Below are positions 33,531-41,337 of a stretch of 64,000 nucleotides of DNA, piece by piece. Origin of the DNA: an uncultured bacterium (GTDB lineage: Bacteria > Acidobacteriota > Thermoanaerobaculia > Multivoradales > JAHZIX01); the NCBI GenBank assembly GCA_965368975.1, contig CBDUPA010000010.1, positions 96,001 through 160,000 of the forward strand. The letters are read 5' to 3'. Below the pieces are notes generated by a model that saw only the letters and a list, made by a program, of their open reading frames with translations, did no database searches and had not been told where the DNA came from. Positions within the stretch are counted from its first letter, which is position 1; every line of letters starts with the position of its first letter. Position numbers and translations under genes: made by a program.

Positions 33531-35087
33531 GTGTATCGACGCCCTCTCATCCTCAGCCTGCTAGCCAGCCTGATCCTGGCTACAACTCTCTGCGCTGCAC
33601 CTCAGCCCGAACGGCAGAGCTATCCGGACGCGGCGAGCGGATCACTGGCCCAGCTCTATGCCACTGCTGGCGGCCTGCAAATCGTGCCGGAGACGTCGCG
33701 GCAGCGAGCGCGACTGGCCGTCTCGGGCCCGGACGGCTACCACCAGCAGGTCGAACTCGCTGACGGCAAGGCCTTCCACTGGTCCGCCTTCGACGCCGAC
33801 GGCCAACCGCGGCCGGATGGAGTCTATCGCTTCGAGCTGCACACCGGCACAGCCACCAGCCCCAGCGTCCAACGCGGGCACTTCCGGCTGCTCGCTGGTG
33901 ACGTGCAGCTACCGCTGAACCCGGACGCTCACCCCGAAACAACCCCCGACAAGGACCAGGTGTTCGCTGACGACGTCATTGCCGAGCGCGTGTGCGCCGG
34001 CACCAATTGTGCCAACGGAGAGACCTTCGGCTTCGAGGCCCTACGGCTGCACAGCTACAACAACCACATCGACTTCGTCGACAGCAGCGGCGCCAACTAC
34101 GCGACGCGCGACTGGCGACTGGAGGTCAACGACACCAGCTACCTCGGCAGCGATCGCTTCGCCGTGCGTGACGTCGACGCCGACACCCAGCCCTTCGGCC
34201 TGGCCGGTGGCGCGCCGGACTACAGCCTGTGGATCGACAGCAATGGCCGGCTCGGCCTGGGCACTTCGACTCCCGCCCAAGAGCTGCACATGCTGGGTAC
34301 CTCGCCGACCCTTCGCCTGGACCAGCCCGCGGGGGCTGGGATCACGGCACAGCGGTGGGATCTGGGCGTCAACACCGTCGGGCGCTTCCAGCTGCACGAC
34401 ATCAGCAACAGCTCGACGCCGATCAACCTCTATAGCGGCGCTCCCAGCTATAGCCTGTCGATCGATCCAGACGGCAATGTCGGCCTCGGTATCCAGGATC
34501 CCCTAACCGCCCTACACCTGGTTCGCGATGGCGCGCTGCAACTCAGAATGCAGAATACCAACATCAACAGCTACTGGGCCCTCGAAGTGAGCAACGGCGA
34601 CGTCTTCAGCATCGTGCGTCAGCAGCAGGGATCGTCGCTCCAGCTGCGCGCCGACGGCACCGTACGCCTGGGTCCCAACGGCACCGAGAAGTTCCTGCTG
34701 CAACCAGACGGTGACCTCGAGATCGCCGGAACCCTGACCCAGAACTCCGACGTCCACAGCAAGACCGGCTTCGCGGCAGTCGACCCGCAGAACATCCTCG
34801 AACAGGTCGCCGCCCTGCCGATCACCACCTGGACGTTCAAGAACGACGCCCAGCAGACCCGCCACATGGGACCGATGGCGCAGGACTTCCACGCCACCTT
34901 CGAACTCGGCGAACGGCCAGACCGGCTAGCTCCGGTCGATGTCGACGGCGTCACGCTGGCGGCGATCCAGGCGCTGTACCAGCAGTTGCAGGAGCAGCGT
35001 GCCGAACTCGACGCCCTGAGCGCCGAGAATGCCCTCCTGCGCACGCGCCTGGACCAGCTGGAGAGGAGCGAACCCCAGCACCCCTGA
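33531..35087 (+). CDS. Secreted tail-fibre-like S74-chaperone protein (paralog 2)
   Basis: AAGGAG + GTG start; signal peptide; VCAGTNCANGETFG core; S-DVHS-K, HMGPMAQDF; coiled coil. Confidence 0.85.
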   Translation: MYRRPLILSLLASLILATTLCAAPQPERQSYPDAASGSLAQLYATAGGLQIVPETSRQRARLAVSGPDGYHQQVELADGKAFHWSAFDADGQPRPDGVYRFELHTGTATSPSVQRGHFRLLAGDVQLPLNPDAHPETTPDKDQVFADDVIAERVCAGTNCANGETFGFEALRLHSYNNHIDFVDSSGANYATRDWRLEVNDTSYLGSDRFAVRDVDADTQPFGLAGGAPDYSLWIDSNGRLGLGTSTPAQELHMLGTSPTLRLDQPAGAGITAQRWDLGVNTVGRFQLHDISNSSTPINLYSGAPSYSLSIDPDGNVGLGIQDPLTALHLVRDGALQLRMQNTNINSYWALEVSNGDVFSIVRQQQGSSLQLRADGTVRLGPNGTEKFLLQPDGDLEIAGTLTQNSDVHSKTGFAAVDPQNILEQVAALPITTWTFKNDAQQTRHMGPMAQDFHATFELGERPDRLAPVDVDGVTLAAIQALYQQLQEQRAELDALSAENALLRTRLDQLERSEPQHP

Positions 35088-35257
35088 AGCCGTGGCGCCG
35101 GAGACGCGCGGGAGATTTTTTCTCGCCCGCTCTTGTCAGATCCTGGTCACGACCTGCGAAACCCAAAGCGAGAGTCGAGGAAAGACCCCGCGACTCTCAC
35201 AGGAACAGTAAGTCCCGCGGTGCCCCCCGACCCCGAGGTCGAACCGCGGTCACCACC

Positions 35258-35286
35258 GGGGCCGGGCGTGCCGGCCCCCTTTTTTG
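35258..35286 (+). terminator. Intrinsic terminator between paralogs 2 and 3
   Basis: GGGGCCGG/CCGGCCCC stem followed by a T6 run. Confidence 0.8.
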
Positions 35287-35460
35287 TGCTTACTTTCCGC
35301 CTCGCAGCTACAACGAAGGCGCAAGCGGTATCGCACTTGCCATCTGCTGCCACCGTCCGGGAAAGACTACAACCGGTTGAGACCTTCTGTCCCGGAGCTT
35401 GCACGGGCGGCACGTCCCAAGAAGAGCCTCGAGCAGAAACAACCGAACCAGGAGGATCCC

Positions 35461-37068
35461 ATGCAGCAACTCCGAACCACGCTCTCTTTCCTACTCGTTC
35501 TCGCGTTGGTCGTAGCCACCCCCTCGTGGGCCAACCACTCGATCCAACCGCAGCTCGGGCCAGACTCCCTCGGCTTCGAAGTCTCCCTGCCCTATGGCGG
35601 CGCCAGCCTGGTGCTCCAGGGACCACAGGGGATACGTGTGGAACAGCACTTCGAGACCGGCGACACGCTTCGCCTGCAGTTGAGCCAGCACGCTCTGCCC
35701 GATGGGCTCTATACCTACGAACTGAGACTCGAACCTGCGAGCGGACCACGGACTCGCGGCCCACACACACTCTCGCAGGTAGCGCCGAGCCCGATGCCGA
35801 CAACCTCCGGCTACCTGCGTCTCGAAGGCGGACTCGTAGTCACGACATCCAGTACCGAGGTAGGAAGCAAGGACGTACGTGAACAGCGACCAACCAGCGG
35901 TCCAGAGATCGAGACAGAAGCGGATCAGATCATCCTCGACGACCTGATCGTCGATGGATCGCTGTGCGTCGGCACCAGCTGCGTCAACGGCGAGAGCTTC
36001 GGCACCGACACCATCCGCCTCAAGGAAGCCAATCTGCGCATCCATTTCCAGGACACATCGGTCTCCCCGTATCCGACCAACGATTGGCGCCTGATCGCCA
36101 ACGACAACACCAGCGGCGGCGCCGGCTATTTCTCGCTCGAAGACACGGACAACAGCTTCCGCCCGTTCACCATCGAAGCCGGGTCACGAGCCAATGCCCT
36201 GTACGTCGACAACAACGACAACGTGGGCCTGGGAACCGCAACACCGGCCAAACTACTGCACCTGCAAGACGGCGACACGCCGACGCTGCGCCTACAGCAG
36301 GACGGTTCCTCGTCGTTTTCGCCCCAGACCTGGGATCTCGGCGGCAACGAAGTCAACTTCTTCATCCGCGACACCGATACCGGAAACTACACCCTACGTG
36401 TAGACTCTGATGCCCCGAACCATGCGCTAGTGGTGTCCGACGGCGGCGAGATCGGCATCGGTACAGCTTCCCCGACCGGCGACTTGCACATGATCCGCTC
36501 CGGCGTGCCCGTGGACATCATCATGGCCGACAGCACGACCGGCCGCAACTGGAGCCTGCGCCTGAGCGGCAGTGGTTTCGCGGTCAGCAAGGCCAGTGAC
36601 GCCGCGGCCTTCCTGATCTTCGACGACGGCCGCGTGCGCATGGGCCCGAACGGCACCCAGAACTTCCTGCTCGCCACCAACGGCAACCTGACCATCGCCG
36701 GCAACCTCACCGAATTGTCCGACGTCAACGCCAAGCACCACTTCGAAGACATCGATACTGCCACGATCCTGGAGAGGCTTCAGCAGCTCCCCTTGAGCAC
36801 CTGGTCCTACCGAGACGACCCCGATTCCGTGCGCCATCTGGGGCCCACCGCACAGGAATTCCAAGAAGCTTTCGGCCTCGGAAACGGTGATCCGACCCAC
36901 ATCTCCGGCATGGATGTTCGTGGTGTCGCACTTGCCGCGATTCAGGAGCTCACTCAGAGATCTGATGCAAAAGAGCATGAAATCAAGGACTTGCGCCGCT
37001 CTCTCAGCGATCTACAGGCGCTCAACGAAGCTCTGCTTCGACGTGTTGAAGCCCTCGAAGCCCCCTGA
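35461..37068 (+). CDS. Secreted tail-fibre-like S74-chaperone protein (paralog 3)
   Basis: GGAGG RBS; signal peptide ..PSWA; LCVGTSCVNGESFG core; S-DVNA-K, HLGPTAQEF; coiled coil. Confidence 0.85.
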   Translation: MQQLRTTLSFLLVLALVVATPSWANHSIQPQLGPDSLGFEVSLPYGGASLVLQGPQGIRVEQHFETGDTLRLQLSQHALPDGLYTYELRLEPASGPRTRGPHTLSQVAPSPMPTTSGYLRLEGGLVVTTSSTEVGSKDVREQRPTSGPEIETEADQIILDDLIVDGSLCVGTSCVNGESFGTDTIRLKEANLRIHFQDTSVSPYPTNDWRLIANDNTSGGAGYFSLEDTDNSFRPFTIEAGSRANALYVDNNDNVGLGTATPAKLLHLQDGDTPTLRLQQDGSSSFSPQTWDLGGNEVNFFIRDTDTGNYTLRVDSDAPNHALVVSDGGEIGIGTASPTGDLHMIRSGVPVDIIMADSTTGRNWSLRLSGSGFAVSKASDAAAFLIFDDGRVRMGPNGTQNFLLATNGNLTIAGNLTELSDVNAKHHFEDIDTATILERLQQLPLSTWSYRDDPDSVRHLGPTAQEFQEAFGLGNGDPTHISGMDVRGVALAAIQELTQRSDAKEHEIKDLRRSLSDLQALNEALLRRVEALEAP

Positions 37069-37498
37069 GCCTTAGCGCTGACGTAAAAAAGGACAGGTTC
37101 ACTGACGTTTTTCTGACGGCGGATACCTATAGTCAACCTCGTCATGTAGAAGACGCCACACACCGACACCGGACAGAGCCTACCGGCGGCCACCATAAAA
37201 GCCCCCAAAGTTCTTGTCCCGGTTTCCCGGCAAAGCGACACCCTACATACCAAAGGCACAACGGCAAGCCGATAACGTAGGAGCCCTGAAGGGCGAATCA
37301 CGAAGGCAAGCCAACGAGCCTAGGAGCTGAGGCCAAGAGCCTCACACTCCCGAGCCGAGAGACAGCGCAGCGACACACCCACGACGCTCACTCCAATGAC
37401 CGTCGCCGCGCATCCAAGGGTTCGTCAACGAGGTTATAAGTACCGGCGCCGACAAGCGCCAATTAGGTTTAACCCATTATCCGTCAAGGAGAACTCCC

Positions 37499-39109
37499 AT
37501 GCGTAACACGTTTGTGTTCCTGTCCGTACTGTGTCTCGTGGCAGCGCTGTGCGCTGCTCCCGCTATGGCCGAAAACGCCGCTACCGTCCAGATGGGCTCG
37601 CACGCGCTCAACGTGCAAGCCAACGTCGCCGCCAACGGCGCTACCGTTCGCATCTCGGGCCCGGGCGACTTCTACCTGCAGCGCGACATGAGCGAGAGCA
37701 GCTTCTCGATCGACACCGCCGGCATGACCGACGGCGTCTACACCTACGAGGTCACCCTGCATCCGCAGGCCCAGCGCACCAGCCGTGATGCGCAGGATCG
37801 CGCTCGTCAGAGCAACAACGCCGATATGACTGTCTCCGGCTACTTCCGCGTTTCCGGTGGCGGCATCGTCAACCCGGACGCGGCCGAAGAGAGCGCCGAC
37901 AAGGCTCAGACCTTCACCACCGACCTGATCGTCCAGGGTTCCGCCTGCGTCGGCATCGACTGCACCAGCAGCGAGAGCTTCGGCTCTGACACGATCCGCA
38001 TGAAGGAAAACAACCTGCGCATCCACTTCGACGACACTTCGTCGTCCGCCAGCTTCCCGAAGAACGACTGGCGCATCGTCGCCAACGACAGCAGCAACGG
38101 CGGTGCCGAGTACCTGCGTGTCGAGGACGCGACCAACAGCAAGCAGCCCTTCACCATCGAGGCCGGCGCGCAGAACCACACCCTGTACGTCGAGTCCGAC
38201 GGTGACGTCGGCATCAAGACCGCCAACCCGGTCGTCGACCTGCACATCGTCGAGGGCAACACCCCGACCCTGCGTCTCGAGCAGGACGGCTCGGACGGCT
38301 TCACCGCGCAGACCTGGGACCTGGCGGGTAACGAAACCAACTTCTTCCTGCGCGACGTCACCAACAGCTCGAAGCTGAGCTTCCGCGTCAAGCCGGGTGC
38401 GCCCGAGAACTCGATCTTCGTCGCCGCCAGCGGCTTCATTGGCATGGGTACCGCGAGCCCTGGGTCTGAGCTGCACATCAAGGCCTCTGCGACCCCGGAA
38501 CTGCGCTTCGAGGATGCGACCCGCACCTGGGCCCAGCGCATGAGCGGCAGCGGCTTGGCCTTCACCGCCCCGGGCGACACCGACGCCAGTTTCCTGATCC
38601 GTGACGACGGCGAAGTTCGCGTTGGCTCCAACGGCGCCGATGTGTTCGAAATCGAGGTCAATGGTGATCTGAAGTCCCGCGCCAACGGCGATGCCACCAC
38701 CACCAACCGCCTGTTCTTCGACGCCAGTGCTGGTGACCTGACCATCTTGGGTGACCTCAGCGCCGCCAACTTCTCCGGCTCGTCCGACCGCAACCTCAAG
38801 CACAACATCGAGCCGGTCGACACTGCCGAGGTCCTGGCCGCGGTCTCCCAGATGCCGATCAGCACCTGGTCCTACAAGACCGACGCCCCGAACATCCGCC
38901 ACATCGGCCCGATGGCTCAGGACTTCAAGGCCGCCTTCGACCTCGGCCAGCCCGAGACCCGCATCGGCGTCATGGATCTGAGCAGCGTGTCGCTGGCCGC
39001 GATCCAGGAGCTCAACAACCAGCTGCAAGAGAAGACCAACGAGGTCGAGGATCTCAAGCAGCGCATGGAGCAGCTGGAAACCGCTCTGCTCGCTCTGCAA
39101 CAGCAGTAA
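37499..39109 (+). CDS. Secreted tail-fibre-like S74-chaperone protein (paralog 4)
   Basis: AAGGAG RBS; signal peptide ..PAMA; ACVGIDCTSSESFG core; S-DRNL-K, HIGPMAQDF; coiled coil. Confidence 0.87.
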   Translation: MRNTFVFLSVLCLVAALCAAPAMAENAATVQMGSHALNVQANVAANGATVRISGPGDFYLQRDMSESSFSIDTAGMTDGVYTYEVTLHPQAQRTSRDAQDRARQSNNADMTVSGYFRVSGGGIVNPDAAEESADKAQTFTTDLIVQGSACVGIDCTSSESFGSDTIRMKENNLRIHFDDTSSSASFPKNDWRIVANDSSNGGAEYLRVEDATNSKQPFTIEAGAQNHTLYVESDGDVGIKTANPVVDLHIVEGNTPTLRLEQDGSDGFTAQTWDLAGNETNFFLRDVTNSSKLSFRVKPGAPENSIFVAASGFIGMGTASPGSELHIKASATPELRFEDATRTWAQRMSGSGLAFTAPGDTDASFLIRDDGEVRVGSNGADVFEIEVNGDLKSRANGDATTTNRLFFDASAGDLTILGDLSAANFSGSSDRNLKHNIEPVDTAEVLAAVSQMPISTWSYKTDAPNIRHIGPMAQDFKAAFDLGQPETRIGVMDLSSVSLAAIQELNNQLQEKTNEVEDLKQRMEQLETALLALQQQ

Positions 39110-39182
39110 GACCGAGGGATGAGAGCCACAAGGTGACGCCTTCTCATCCCCTGACCGATATCCCTATACTGACTTGATATAA

Positions 39183-39219
39183 CCGGGATTGGCTCCAGAG
39201 CCGATCCCGGCTTTTTCTT
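39183..39219 (+). terminator. Intrinsic terminator after paralog 4
   Basis: CCGGGATTGGCTC/GAGCCGATCCCGG stem followed by TTTTTCTT. Confidence 0.8.
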
Positions 39220-39488
39220 GCCTGGCGTTCAGCACTGGATGTGGTTGTGGCCAGGCATGTTACGGCGGGCACGTAGGCAAGAGATACCCCGGCGTCCACT
39301 TGCACTTTGGGCCCAAAAGCGCTTTAATGGAGCGGTTCTCGTAAACCGGCTTCGCCTACCCCGCTGGGTCGTTTCCCTTCGACGGCCTCAGTCAAAGCGG
39401 ACTCCGCCCCAGAAACGTACTCACTACGAGGGCGAGCCCACAGCGGCCGTAGACGAGCCAGCATCTCCCAACATGGAGGATACTTCCT

Positions 39489-41174
39489 ATGCAGCAATCC
39501 CTGCAGAAGACTCTGAAGCACCTTGCTTTCTCGACCCTGGCCCTCGCCCTGCTCCTCGCCGTGCCCGCTTCGGCTGGTATGCAGGCGCAGTTCTCGGGAA
39601 CCACCCTCAGCTTCCAGACCGACGCCACCTTCGAGAGTGGCTTTGTGCGCATCAGCGGCCCCAACGGAACCTTGATCGAGCGCAATCTCGGCGGCGACCT
39701 GAGCGTCGCCCTGCACCGCAACGACGGCGCCCCGCTGGCGGATGGCCTATACACCTACGAGCTGACCCTGACGCCACGCGTCGATCGCACCACCCGCGAG
39801 GCGATGAACAAGGCCAACACGGCCGAGCGCGGCCTCGAGCAGCGCCAGTTGCGCGACGACAACGCCCTGCGCGCCTCGGGCTCGTTCCGCATCCAGGGTG
39901 GCACCACCATCGACCCGAACGCCACCGAGGAGCAGCAGGACCGCACCGACTCCAACCCGGCGGACAAGGCCCAGGTCTTCGTCACCGATGTGGTCGTCCA
40001 GGGCTCGCTGTGCGCCGGCTTCGACTGCGTCAACGGTGAGAGCTTCGGTTTCGACACCATCCGCCTGAAGGAAAACAACCTGCGCATCCACTTCCAGGAT
40101 ACGTCGACTTCCGCCAGCTTCCCGACCAACGACTGGCGCATCGTGGCCAACGACTCGAGTAACGGCGGCGCCAACTACCTGGGCATCGAAGACTCCAACG
40201 CCGGCCGCATGCCCTTCCGCGTCGAGGCCGGTGCTCCGGCCAATGCGCTCTACGTCGAGGCGGACGGTGACGTCGGCATCAAGACCGCCAACCCGGTGGT
40301 CGACATCCACGTCGTCGAGGGCAACACCCCGACCCTGCGTCTCGAGCAGGACGGCTCGGACGGTTTCACCCCACAGACTTGGGACGTGGCCGGCAACGAA
40401 GCCAACTTCTTCATCCGCGACGCCACCAACGGCTCGGCTCTGGCCTTCCGTATCGAGCCCGGCGCCGACGAGAGTTCGATCCACATCGACGATGGCAACC
40501 GCGTCGGCTTCGGCACCAACAACCCGGCGACGGACATTCACGTGCGCAAGTCCGGTAACCCAGAATGGCGTATGGAGAACGCCTCCAACGGCAACAAGTG
40601 GACAACGCGCCTGAACAGCAGCGGCAGCCTGGTCTTCACGCGGAACGACAACGCTTCTGCCAGCATCCAGTTCGTCGATGACGGTGAGTTCCGTGTCGTT
40701 CCTCCGGGCGGCAACGCGACCTTCCAAGCCGACGCCAACGGTGACTTGCGCCTTCGCGCTCCGACCGACGCTCTGACCGGGCAGAAGTTCTTCTTCACGG
40801 CCAGCAACGGCAACCTGACCATTACTGGCACTCTCAACTCAGGTTCGGACGTGAACTCGAAGCACGGATTCGAGGAACTCGATGGCGCTGAGGTTCTTTC
40901 CAGAGTCCTTAGCCTACCTATCACCGAGTGGAGCTACAAGAACGACGATGCCAGTATCCGGCACATCGGTCCGATGGCTCAGGACTTCCATGCCGCCTTC
41001 GGCTTGGGCCAGTCCGAAACCACCATCAGCGTCACCGACATGGGTGGCATCTCCCTCGCCGCGATCCAGGCCCTGCATGCCGAGGTCGAGGAGAAGGACG
41101 CCAAGATCGACGATCTCGAACAGCGTATGGCGCAGCTGGAAGCCGCGCTGCTGGCCCTGCAGGCCCAGCAGTAA
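39489..41174 (+). CDS. Secreted tail-fibre-like S74-chaperone protein (paralog 5)
   Basis: GGAGG RBS; signal peptide ..PASA; LCAGFDCVNGESFG core; S-DVNS-K, HIGPMAQDF; coiled coil. Confidence 0.87.
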   Translation: MQQSLQKTLKHLAFSTLALALLLAVPASAGMQAQFSGTTLSFQTDATFESGFVRISGPNGTLIERNLGGDLSVALHRNDGAPLADGLYTYELTLTPRVDRTTREAMNKANTAERGLEQRQLRDDNALRASGSFRIQGGTTIDPNATEEQQDRTDSNPADKAQVFVTDVVVQGSLCAGFDCVNGESFGFDTIRLKENNLRIHFQDTSTSASFPTNDWRIVANDSSNGGANYLGIEDSNAGRMPFRVEAGAPANALYVEADGDVGIKTANPVVDIHVVEGNTPTLRLEQDGSDGFTPQTWDVAGNEANFFIRDATNGSALAFRIEPGADESSIHIDDGNRVGFGTNNPATDIHVRKSGNPEWRMENASNGNKWTTRLNSSGSLVFTRNDNASASIQFVDDGEFRVVPPGGNATFQADANGDLRLRAPTDALTGQKFFFTASNGNLTITGTLNSGSDVNSKHGFEELDGAEVLSRVLSLPITEWSYKNDDASIRHIGPMAQDFHAAFGLGQSETTISVTDMGGISLAAIQALHAEVEEKDAKIDDLEQRMAQLEAALLALQAQQ

Positions 41175-41217
41175 GTTTCCCGTAGCGTTCGCGCCGCCTT
41201 CCGGCGGTAGCGACAAG

Positions 41218-41255
41218 AGAACCGGAGTTGGCTCACGCTGGCTCCGGTTTTTCTT
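41218..41255 (+). terminator. Intrinsic terminator after paralog 5 (possibly bidirectional)
   Basis: AACCGGAG...CTCCGGTT stem followed by TTTCTT, between convergent genes. Confidence 0.75.
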
Positions 41256-41337
41256 CGCCTGCAGAAAGCCCGCAGAAAGCACGCGGCAAGCCCGCGGAAA
41301 GCGAACAGCTCTCCCTAGCCTGAGAAGGGAGAAGGCG

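Noticed and set aside
37200-37400. c-di-GMP riboswitch in the paralog 4 leader
   Set aside because: GGCAA-like words are present, but I could not match the GEMM two-stem consensus
31583-41174. Prophage, tailocin or eCIS interpretation of the tail-fibre-like genes
   Set aside because: No structural, lysis or integration genes, and every paralog has a signal peptide and its own RBS
31583-41174. Diversity-generating retroelement acting on the fibre genes
   Set aside because: No reverse transcriptase in the window and no TR/VR pair with adenine-specific mismatches seen
41203-41212. ops-like GGCGGTAGCG element
   Set aside because: Wrong strand and position for the polysaccharide operon; likely chance in GC-rich DNA
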